This document shows, in pieces, positions 54,440 to 63,061 of a DNA stretch of 64,000 nt. How positions within the stretch are numbered: position 1 is the stretch's first letter; each line of letters starts with the position of its first letter. This DNA comes from Bacteroidales bacterium (GTDB taxonomy: Bacteria; Bacteroidota; Bacteroidia; Bacteroidales; UBA932). The stretch is taken from assembly GCA_045600965.1 (NCBI GenBank), contig JAZRYW010000050.1, forward strand, positions 8,252 to 72,251. The letters are read 5' to 3'. Under the pieces are notes generated by a model that worked only from the letters and a program-made list of their open reading frames with translations, searched no databases and had not been told where the DNA came from. The translations under genes and the position numbers were made by a program.

Positions 54440-54446
54440 GTAATCA

Positions 54447-55475
54447 ATGGCCAAGTCAGATTCACAACAGAATTACAGGGAGATACTCACTGATGTCAGG
54501 GAAGGCCGCTTCGCGCCGTTCTACCTGCTTATGGGCGAGGAACCTTTCTACGTGGAAAGGCTCTGCGAGGCCATAATGAACCAGGCTGTCAACCCTTTCG
54601 AGCGTGATTTCAACCAGATAGTCTACTACGGCGCCGACGTCACTGCGGAGCAGGTCATCAGCACGGCCAGGCAGTTCCCTATGATGGGCGACCATCTGCT
54701 CGTGGTGGTCAAGGAGGCTCAGATGATGAGCAAGCCGGAGGATATCGCCCCCTATCTGATGTCACCTATGCCCTCCACCATACTGGTGCTCTGCTTTATG
54801 GGCAAGAGCATCGACAAGAGGACCGCTTTCTACAAGCAGGCCCAGAAGGTCGGCAGGGTGCTCGAGTCCGTCAAGGTGCAGGACTACCGCCTTTCACAGT
54901 GGATAGAGGCTTTCTTCTCCGAAGAAGGCTTCGACATCGAGCCGGAAGCCGCCGAACTTATGGGTGAGTTCACCGGCAACGACCTTCGCAAGATATCGGT
55001 GGAGGTTGACAAGATGCGCCGTAACCTCCCTCTTGACGCAAAGCGGATCACCGTGGCCGACATAGAGAAGAATGTTGGGATAAGCCGCGAGTATTCCGTA
55101 TTCGAGCTGACCAAGGCCCTTTCGTTCGGACAGAAGGAGAAGGCGTTCCGCATAGCCTCCTATTTCGCGGATTCCCCGAAGAAATATCCCATCCAGATGA
55201 CCATAGCCGCCCTTGCGATGTATTTCCTCAAGGTATGGAGATACCATTCCCTGATGCAGGCCCATACGCCTAAATCCCAGATGGCCGGCGAACTCGGGGT
55301 GAACCCCTACTTTCTGGGTGAATACGAAACCGCTGCAAGGAACTACCCTCCCCGCAAGGTTATGGCGGCCATAGCTTTCCTCAAGGAATACGACTACCGC
55401 AGCAAGTCGAACGAGCGCGGTGACGCCTCGGACGGCGACCTGCTTATGGAACTTCTCTCCAGGCTCGTATCCTAA
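54447..55475 (+). CDS. holA: DNA polymerase III delta subunit
   Basis: ORF 54447..55475. FAPFYLLMGEEPFYVERL N-terminus typical of HolA. Confidence 0.8.
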   Translation: MAKSDSQQNYREILTDVREGRFAPFYLLMGEEPFYVERLCEAIMNQAVNPFERDFNQIVYYGADVTAEQVISTARQFPMMGDHLLVVVKEAQMMSKPEDIAPYLMSPMPSTILVLCFMGKSIDKRTAFYKQAQKVGRVLESVKVQDYRLSQWIEAFFSEEGFDIEPEAAELMGEFTGNDLRKISVEVDKMRRNLPLDAKRITVADIEKNVGISREYSVFELTKALSFGQKEKAFRIASYFADSPKKYPIQMTIAALAMYFLKVWRYHSLMQAHTPKSQMAGELGVNPYFLGEYETAARNYPPRKVMAAIAFLKEYDYRSKSNERGDASDGDLLMELLSRLVS

Positions 55476-56740
55476 CGCACCAGCCCTACGGCCCTGTTCC
55501 AGTCCAGAGTCACATAGAAATCGTTGAGATAAGTGCGCGAGGGCTCGTAGATGTACGTGCTCAGCCCGCTGTACCTGATTATGTCGAAATCCATAAAGAA
55601 GCCCGTCGTAGCCTTGTATATCACTGCACGTTCAAGAGCCTGGTCGAGAGCATCCTTCTCGGAAGGGGCGGCAAACCATCTGAGGTAGTCCTCAAGATCG
55701 TAGAACCAGTGCCTTCCATTCCTGAAATAACCCTGAACCTTGTCTGCTGCGCGGAATGACTCTATCTGCGTGTGATGGTTGTCGCAGATTGTACGGCAGG
55801 CATCTGCCAGACCGTCGAGCTCAAGGCACTCCACGACGGAGATTGTGGCCGACCGGGAATAGTGGGATGTCTTGGAGTCGTATACCTCGAAATAGTCACG
55901 GCAGAAGTCAATCACAGCCTGCCTGTCACCGATTCTGTCCGCTTCATTGAACAGACGTTTGCACAGTTTCGCGTAAGGGAAGCCGTCAGCGATGATCTCG
56001 GTTTGGGAGAATGCCACGAAATTACAGTTGTTGCGCAGTTCATAGGCCACTTCCACCCCTCCCATCAGACAGGCGTCGAAGATGATGTAGTCGTAGCGTA
56101 TCGGCAAGGCATCGGCCAGGTCCTGGATGTCGATCTCACGGCGGTCGTCCTCACCGAAAGACTTGACCATATGCCTGTAGGGGTCGTCCTCCAGACTTGG
56201 GAAATGTTCCACCGCGTTCTGCATAAGGAACCAGTCTCCGCCACCGGCTTTGTCATAGAGATTGGGGTCGCGATAGTAGTCCTCCGGCAGCCATCCGGAT
56301 CCGTGGGACCACAGTATCAATCCGTTATATCTGGAAGGGTACATTTCCGCCGCCACCGAAAGCACCGTATGCAGCTGCTGTGCGGAGGCTGAGTTGACGG
56401 TGTCATCCCACGCCATAAGAACGGTGGAAGAGGGCGCTCCGTCGCGGTCCTGGGAAAGTCTGAGCAGCTGGGGGCCCTTATGCCTCATATCCAGGTAAAC
56501 CAGCAGGACGTTATCCTTGTCGGTGCCCATTGGAAGGCTGCGGCAGGACATCAGACTGTCGATATTGTTCTGTGCGTAATTTGTGTAATAATCATCACCC
56601 CCGAGGCTATTGTCGGCCGCCAAATACAGCAATACAGTGCGACGCTCGGAATTGCCGTCACCGGGATCGACGGACGGACAGCCGCACAGGAGCAATGCCG
56701 CTGCAAGGAGGGCAATAAATGAGGACAGCCGCTTGAGCAT
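55472..56740 (-). CDS. Clostripain-like C11 family cysteine peptidase lipoprotein
   Basis: ORF 55472..56740. Lipobox LLCGC. His/Cys dyad contexts LILWSHGSGW and IIFDACLMGG. Confidence 0.8.
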   Translation of the reverse strand: MLKRLSSFIALLAAALLLCGCPSVDPGDGNSERRTVLLYLAADNSLGGDDYYTNYAQNNIDSLMSCRSLPMGTDKDNVLLVYLDMRHKGPQLLRLSQDRDGAPSSTVLMAWDDTVNSASAQQLHTVLSVAAEMYPSRYNGLILWSHGSGWLPEDYYRDPNLYDKAGGGDWFLMQNAVEHFPSLEDDPYRHMVKSFGEDDRREIDIQDLADALPIRYDYIIFDACLMGGVEVAYELRNNCNFVAFSQTEIIADGFPYAKLCKRLFNEADRIGDRQAVIDFCRDYFEVYDSKTSHYSRSATISVVECLELDGLADACRTICDNHHTQIESFRAADKVQGYFRNGRHWFYDLEDYLRWFAAPSEKDALDQALERAVIYKATTGFFMDFDIIRYSGLSTYIYEPSRTYLNDFYVTLDWNRAVGLVR

Positions 56741-56741
56741 A

Positions 56742-59700
56742 TCAATATTCGTCCCAACTCTTTATCTTGAGGTTGTCCTTCGCATCGGAGCAGAACGCCT
56801 TGATGAAGGCCGATGCCAGACGGCTGTTGGTAATCAGAGGGACGTTCATATCGATGGCGGCGCGGCGCATATGGTAGCCGTCGGACAATTCACTTCTGGT
56901 GAAGTTCTTGGGAATGTTCACTACAAGGCTCACCCTGTGGTTTCGGATAAGGTCGATGGCATTGGGTATGTCAGCCTTCTCACCTTCCGAGGGCCTCAGG
57001 ACAGGAAGGGCATCAACGCCGTTGGCGACGAGATACTTCTGCGTTCCTTCGGTGGCATAGATGGTGTAGCCGCTGTTGATCAGTATCGAGCAGGGCGTCA
57101 GCAGGCTTGCCTTCTGAAGGGCATTCCCTGAAGACACGAGCACTGCGTCTCCCTTTCTGGGGACACTGTAGCCGACTGAAATCATAGCCTTGAGCAGGGC
57201 CTCGTCAAAGGTGTCACCGATACATCCCACTTCTCCCGTGGATGCCATATCGACGCCGGGCACGGGGTCTGCACGGTTCAGCCTTGAGAAGGAGAACTGC
57301 GACGCCTTCACGCCCACGTGGTCGAGTTCGAAAGCATCGCAGGCGGGAGCCTCCGGATGCTGGCCGAGCATACACCTGGTGGCGAGCTCGATGAAATTGA
57401 CTTTCAATATCTTGGAAACGAACGGGAAACTGCGTGAAGAACGCAGGTTGCACTCGATGACCTTGATGTAGTTGTCCCCCACGAGGAACTGTATGTTGAA
57501 AGGTCCGGTAATGCGGAGTTCGGCGGCAATCTTTGCTGAAATCTTGCGTATCCTCGCCACGGTCACACCGTAGAGTTTCTGGGGAGGGAACTGCATCGTG
57601 GCGTCACCGGAATGTACGCCTGCATATTCCACGTGCTCTGAAACGGCGTATGCCAGCACCTTTCCGCCATCGGCAACCGCATCGAACTCTATTTCGCGGC
57701 AGCGCTGCATAAACGAACTTACAACTACGGGATGCTCTTCCGACACCTCAACCGCCAGTTCAAGGAACTTGTGAAGGTCGTCGAGCGAGTAGCAGACGTT
57801 CATAGCCGCACCGGAAAGCACGTATGAAGGACGCACCAGGACGGGGAAGCCCACCTTTTCGGTAAAGGCGTCAACCGCATCTATGGTGGTGAGTTCGTTC
57901 CACGAAGGCTGGTCGATGCCGAGCGCATCCACTATCGAGGAGAACTTGTTGCGGTCCTCGGCGCGGTCGATGTCGATAGCAGATGTTCCGAGCAGACGTA
58001 TGCCGTTCTTTGAGAGAGGAAGCGCAAGATTGTTCGGAATCTGTCCTCCCACGCTGACGATGACTCCATAGGGATCTTCGAGGGCGCATATCTCAAGCAC
58101 CGTCTCCAGGCTGAGTTCATCGAAGTAGAGCCTGTCGGATATGTCGTAGTCGGTGGACACGGTCTCGGGGTTGTAGTTGATCATCACGGCCTTGTACCCG
58201 CTCTTGCGCAGTGTGTTTATGGCATTCACGCCGCACCAGTCGAATTCCACGCTCGAGCCTATGCGGTATGCGCCGCTGCCGAGCACCACCGCCGTATGGT
58301 CACCGCTGCCGAAGCGCACGTCGTGGGAATCGGCATTGTAGGTCAGATAGAGGTAGTTTGACTCCACGTCGGAGGATGTGGCGAAGGTCTCTATGCGCTT
58401 CACTGCGGGACGCAGACCGAGGCTGCGCCGGTGCTCCCTGACTATGAGTTCGCTGACCTTGAACACCTTGGCTATCTGTATGTCAGAGAAGCCCTGTCTC
58501 TTGGCCTTCTGGAAAAGTTCCTTGGGGACATCCTCGAGATATCTGTAGGAGGCGAGCTCGGAATAGGTCTCGCGTATGTGCATCAGCTGTTCGAGGAACC
58601 AGCGGTCTATCTTGGTCAGGTCGTGGATGCGGTCTATGGTGTAGCCGGCGTCGAGAGCCGCCGCAATGGCGAACATTCTCGTGTCAGTGGGATGCGACAG
58701 GGCCATATCGAGGTCCGAAGTGTCGAACTTCTTGTTGCATACGAAACCGTCCGCGCCCTGCCCTATCATACGGAGTCCCTTCTGGATGGCCTCCTCGAAC
58801 GACTTGCCTATCGACATCACCTCGCCGACGCTCTTCATGCTGGTGCCCAGTTCGCGTGACACGCCGCGGAACTTGGAAAGGTCCCAGCGGGGAATCTTGC
58901 AGACGACGTAGTCGACCTTGGGGGTCTCTGCGGCATTGCCTATCCGGGTAAGGTCATAGCCCAGGCCTATCTTTGCGGCGACAAATGCGAGGGGATAACC
59001 GGTGGCCTTGGATGCAAGGGCGGATGAGCGTGACAGGCGGGCGTTGACCTCTATCACACGGTAGTCCATCGAGCCGTCCGGACTGAAGGCGAACTGTATG
59101 TTGCATTCGCCCACGATGCCCAGATGGCGGACTATCCTTATCGAGAGTTCGTGCAGGTAGTCGAGTTCCTCACGGGTGAGGGTCTGCGTGGGCGCGATGA
59201 CCACACTCTCTCCGGTATGGATGCCGAGCGGGTCGAGATTCTCCATATCGCAGATGATCATACATCTGTCAGTTGCGTCACGCACCACTTCAAATTCGAT
59301 TTCCTTCCAGCCCTTGAGCGATTTCTCCACAAGCACCTGGGGAGCGAAGGCGAACGACTTGGCGGCAATGACATCGAGTTCCTCCTGATTGTCGCAGAAT
59401 CCCGAGCCAAGGCCTCCGAGCGCATACGCGGCGCGGATGATGACGGGATATCCCACATCGTTGGCAGCCGCGCGCGCCTGCTCGAGAGTCTCGGCGGCGT
59501 GAGACTTTATGGTCTTTATTTCTATCTCATCGAGCTTCTTGACGAAAAGGTCCCTGTCTTCGGTGTCTATCACGGCCTGGACGGGGGTTCCGAGCACCTG
59601 CACGCCCCATTCCTTGAGAAAGCCGCTGCGGTAGAGTTCCACACCGCAGTTCAGCGCGGTCTGTCCGCCGAAGGAGAGCAGAATGCCGTCGGGACGTTCC

Positions 59701-59930
59701 TTGCGGATGACATCCTCGACGAACTTGGGCGTCACCGGAAGGAAATAGACCTTGTCGGCCACGTCGCCGCCGGTCTGGACGGTCGCGATGTTGGGGTTGA
59801 CCAGCACTGTGGAGACACCTTCCTGACGGAGGGCCTTGAGCGCCTGTGTACCGCTGTAGTCGAATTCACCGGCCTGACCTATCTTGAGAGCGCCGGAACC
59901 GAGGACAAGAACTTTCTTTAGTTTTTCCAT
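56742..59930 (-). CDS. carB: Carbamoyl-phosphate synthase large subunit
   Basis: ORF 56742..59930, 1062 aa. KVLVLGSGALKIGQAGEFDYSG N-terminus and duplicated ATP-grasp halves. Confidence 0.95.
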   Translation of the reverse strand: MEKLKKVLVLGSGALKIGQAGEFDYSGTQALKALRQEGVSTVLVNPNIATVQTGGDVADKVYFLPVTPKFVEDVIRKERPDGILLSFGGQTALNCGVELYRSGFLKEWGVQVLGTPVQAVIDTEDRDLFVKKLDEIEIKTIKSHAAETLEQARAAANDVGYPVIIRAAYALGGLGSGFCDNQEELDVIAAKSFAFAPQVLVEKSLKGWKEIEFEVVRDATDRCMIICDMENLDPLGIHTGESVVIAPTQTLTREELDYLHELSIRIVRHLGIVGECNIQFAFSPDGSMDYRVIEVNARLSRSSALASKATGYPLAFVAAKIGLGYDLTRIGNAAETPKVDYVVCKIPRWDLSKFRGVSRELGTSMKSVGEVMSIGKSFEEAIQKGLRMIGQGADGFVCNKKFDTSDLDMALSHPTDTRMFAIAAALDAGYTIDRIHDLTKIDRWFLEQLMHIRETYSELASYRYLEDVPKELFQKAKRQGFSDIQIAKVFKVSELIVREHRRSLGLRPAVKRIETFATSSDVESNYLYLTYNADSHDVRFGSGDHTAVVLGSGAYRIGSSVEFDWCGVNAINTLRKSGYKAVMINYNPETVSTDYDISDRLYFDELSLETVLEICALEDPYGVIVSVGGQIPNNLALPLSKNGIRLLGTSAIDIDRAEDRNKFSSIVDALGIDQPSWNELTTIDAVDAFTEKVGFPVLVRPSYVLSGAAMNVCYSLDDLHKFLELAVEVSEEHPVVVSSFMQRCREIEFDAVADGGKVLAYAVSEHVEYAGVHSGDATMQFPPQKLYGVTVARIRKISAKIAAELRITGPFNIQFLVGDNYIKVIECNLRSSRSFPFVSKILKVNFIELATRCMLGQHPEAPACDAFELDHVGVKASQFSFSRLNRADPVPGVDMASTGEVGCIGDTFDEALLKAMISVGYSVPRKGDAVLVSSGNALQKASLLTPCSILINSGYTIYATEGTQKYLVANGVDALPVLRPSEGEKADIPNAIDLIRNHRVSLVVNIPKNFTRSELSDGYHMRRAAIDMNVPLITNSRLASAFIKAFCSDAKDNLKIKSWDEY

Positions 59931-61213
59931 TGTGAAGCCTGTTTCATTAATTCTGCAATCCTGTCATTGCAGAGGTTACCTATACTTCCTATGTGAGTGT
60001 GGTGGATGGATCCGTCGAAGTGGAAGTTTCCTTCGTTGACCTCCTTGCCCACCTGTATGTATGCCTCGCGGAAGGGCGTGCCCTCCAGCGTGCGCCGGTT
60101 GACCTCCTCCACCGTGAAGAGATGTTCGTAGAGTCCCGAATCAAGTATGTGACTGTTGATCCGGATATGGGCAAGCATATAGTCCGTCATTTCGAGACAT
60201 TCGTCGAGAAGCCCGATTGCGGGGAAAAGTATGTCCTTGAGCAGCTGGTAGTCGCGGTGATAGCCGTGGGGAAGGTTGCTGCAGAGCATCGATATCTCGT
60301 TCTCCGCGGACATCACCCGGTTGCACTTGCCGCGCACCATCTCCCACACGTCGGGGTTCTTCTTGTGGGGCATTATGCTGGAACCTGTGGTGAGATTGTC
60401 CGGGAAATGTATGAAGCCGAAATTGGGACACATATACTGGCAGCAGTCTGCGGCGAATTTGTTGAGAGTCAGGGCTACGGAGCCCATTGCGGATGCGACG
60501 CAGCGTTCCGACTTGCCGCGGCTCAGCTGGGCGGCGATGACGTTGTAGTCAGGGGAGTCGAAGCCGAGCAGACGGGTTGTCATCTCCCTGTCCAGGGGGA
60601 AGGAACTGCCGTAGCCGGCGGCACTGCCCAGAGGATTGCGGTTGACCACCCTGTATGCGCCGCAGAGCATATGCATATCGTTGACAAGCGCCTCGGCATA
60701 GCCGCCGAACCACAGTCCGAATGACGAAGGCATTGCTATCTGGGCGTGAGTGTATCCGGGCATCAGGACGTCCTTGTAGCGTTCGCTGAGGCCCTGCAAA
60801 GTGTCGAAGATGGTCAGCACGCGGTCTCGGAAGCCAAGAAGCGTGTCGCGCAGGAAAAGCTTTATGTCCACCAGGACCTGGTCGTTGCGGGAGCGGCCGG
60901 AATGGATCTTCTTGCCTATATCGCCCAGTCGGCGCGTCAGAAGGAGTTCCACCTGGGAGTGTATGTCCTCCACATCGTCCTCAAGAACAAAACGGCCCGA
61001 GTCAATATCCGAAGCGATATCGTCCAGGGCTGGATCAAGAATGCCGTGCTCCTCCGCCGTCAGCAGGCCTATCGAGGCGAGCATCGCAATATGCGCCTTG
61101 GAGCCGGTTACGTCATATCTGGCAAGTTGAAGGTCAAGAATTCTGTCATCACCCACCGTGAATTCCTCAACGGCGGGTGTACAGGAGGTACCTTTATTCC
61201 ACAGAGTTGCCAT
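59918..61213 (-). CDS. argH: Argininosuccinate lyase
   Basis: ORF 59918..61213. SGRSRNDQV and GSSIMPHKKNPD signatures. Confidence 0.92.
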   Translation of the reverse strand: MATLWNKGTSCTPAVEEFTVGDDRILDLQLARYDVTGSKAHIAMLASIGLLTAEEHGILDPALDDIASDIDSGRFVLEDDVEDIHSQVELLLTRRLGDIGKKIHSGRSRNDQVLVDIKLFLRDTLLGFRDRVLTIFDTLQGLSERYKDVLMPGYTHAQIAMPSSFGLWFGGYAEALVNDMHMLCGAYRVVNRNPLGSAAGYGSSFPLDREMTTRLLGFDSPDYNVIAAQLSRGKSERCVASAMGSVALTLNKFAADCCQYMCPNFGFIHFPDNLTTGSSIMPHKKNPDVWEMVRGKCNRVMSAENEISMLCSNLPHGYHRDYQLLKDILFPAIGLLDECLEMTDYMLAHIRINSHILDSGLYEHLFTVEEVNRRTLEGTPFREAYIQVGKEVNEGNFHFDGSIHHTHIGSIGNLCNDRIAELMKQASQWKN

Positions 61214-62279
61214 AGAAATTTCTTACAAAGGTAATGTATTTTTCGACTGCATCACATATTTCATTGCAAAGAATATACTCATCGGCGTGATGGGAACGTG
61301 AAGAATCTCCGGGACCCATCTTGACAGCCTCACGCCCGGAAAGCAGCATCCAGTTGGAAGTCGTTGGAGATGAGAAGGTTTCTATTCCAAGGCTCTCTAC
61401 GGTACGCATCAGGGGGGAGCCGGCGGGAGTCGCCGAAGACCTGTGGGCGAAACTGCGTGCGGTCAGGGTGCTCCTGCAGCGTTCCTGGAGCAGGGAAAGA
61501 ATTTCCTCGGAACCGTACTGCTCGGTGGGCCGTATGTCCACCACAAAGGAGCATCTTTCCGGAATGACATTGTGCGCGGTACCGCAATCCATCATAGTCA
61601 CGCTTAGCCGGACCTTGCCCATAGAAGGGGATATGCGGTCAAACTCGAACGACCTCAACGCCGCGATGTCGTCAAGCGCGATATAAAGCGCGTTGACACC
61701 CTCATCCCTTGCCGCGTGACCGCTGACTCCACGGGCCACCCCGTCAAGCACCAGCAGACCACGCTCACTGATGGCCGCACGCATCCCGGTAGGCTCGCCG
61801 ACAATTACCCATTTCACGGTCGACACCTCCGAAGGGCCGTCCTGTCCATATATGAATTCGGAGCCTGAGGGACCGGATGTCTCCTCCTCGCAGTTCAGGA
61901 CAAGCATCAGGTTGAACGGAAGTTCCTCCCCTTCGAGAGCCCTGAAGGCGGCGGCCATCGACACCACGCTCGCTCCGTCGTCATTCGAGCCCAGGCCGCA
62001 GACCATATCCGGATCGTCACCGGGGCTGTATGGGTCGCGGGTATACCCCTCGGCCGGAGGCACGGTATCGATGTGCGCGTCCATAGCCAGCGTAGGCCTT
62101 GAAGCATCGAAGTTCCTGCTCAAAGCCAGCACGTTGCGCCCTTCCCTGCGGCAGTTGAGGCCCCAGGAACGCAAGGTGTGGAGAATCAGGTCGGCCACGG
62201 CATCCTCTTTCCCGGATTCCGAAGGTATGGCCACCATCCTGCGCAACAGCGCTATCGAGTCTTCTGCATATGCATTCAT
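61194..62279 (-). CDS. M20 family deacylase (ArgE-like; possibly N-succinyl/acetyl-citrulline or -ornithine deacylase)
   Basis: ORF 61194..62279. LAMDAHIDTV and CEEETSG metal-ligand contexts. Sits between argB and argH. Confidence 0.8.
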   Translation of the reverse strand: MNAYAEDSIALLRRMVAIPSESGKEDAVADLILHTLRSWGLNCRREGRNVLALSRNFDASRPTLAMDAHIDTVPPAEGYTRDPYSPGDDPDMVCGLGSNDDGASVVSMAAAFRALEGEELPFNLMLVLNCEEETSGPSGSEFIYGQDGPSEVSTVKWVIVGEPTGMRAAISERGLLVLDGVARGVSGHAARDEGVNALYIALDDIAALRSFEFDRISPSMGKVRLSVTMMDCGTAHNVIPERCSFVVDIRPTEQYGSEEILSLLQERCRSTLTARSFAHRSSATPAGSPLMRTVESLGIETFSSPTTSNWMLLSGREAVKMGPGDSSRSHHADEYILCNEICDAVEKYITFVRNFYGNSVE

Positions 62280-63061
62280 AAAGTGACTTTTGTGCCCGAT
62301 TCATCACCTATGCGCAGGGCGCTCTTTATCGTCGCCAGTGACGCGCCGCCGCGAAGGGCATCGAGGCAGTTCTCAATTTTGGGTATCATTCCGTCAGAGA
62401 CCGTGCCGGAAGCCTTCATCTGATTGAAGAGTTCCCCGGTCATAAGCGGTATCACGCTCGAAGGGTCGTTTATGTCGCGCATCACCCCCTCGAGTTCGAA
62501 GCAGCATACCAGTTCACCGCCAAGGGCGGCGGCGATGCAGGAGGCCACCGTGTCGGCGTTGGTGTTGAGCAGCTGTCCGTTGCCGTCGTGGTTGATTGCG
62601 CAGAGGACAGGCGTCAGTCCCAGGGAAAGAAGGCCCCTGAGCATAACGGTGTCCACCGAAGAGGGCTTCACATCCCCCACGAAGCCATAGTCGACGAGGG
62701 TGACTCCGTCCTGGAGCAGTTTCGGAGAGCGTTTCTCAGCCCTGACGATGTCCGCATCGGCGCCGGACAGACCCAGCGCATTGCAGCCGTATTTCTGGAG
62801 AGCGGCCACCAGCGACTTGTTGCACCATCCGGCATAGGCCATAGTCACTGCCTTCAGCGCATCCGCATCGGTCACACGCCGGCCTTCTATCTTTACAGGC
62901 ACCTGCCCGAGACTCTTCTGCAGGGACGAGGCCATAACCCCGCCGCCGTGGACAAGCACCTTCGGCCCTTCCACAGAGGCGAATGCGCGGCAGAAGCTGT
63001 CAAAGGAAGCCTCATCCCCGATGACGCTTCCGCCTATCTTGAAAACCCTTATTCCAGACAT
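62276..63061 (-). CDS. argB: Acetylglutamate kinase (short form)
   Basis: ORF 62276..63061, 261 aa. VFKIGGSV, VLVHGGG and NTNADT motifs. Confidence 0.9.
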   Translation of the reverse strand: MSGIRVFKIGGSVIGDEASFDSFCRAFASVEGPKVLVHGGGVMASSLQKSLGQVPVKIEGRRVTDADALKAVTMAYAGWCNKSLVAALQKYGCNALGLSGADADIVRAEKRSPKLLQDGVTLVDYGFVGDVKPSSVDTVMLRGLLSLGLTPVLCAINHDGNGQLLNTNADTVASCIAAALGGELVCCFELEGVMRDINDPSSVIPLMTGELFNQMKASGTVSDGMIPKIENCLDALRGGASLATIKSALRIGDESGTKVTL

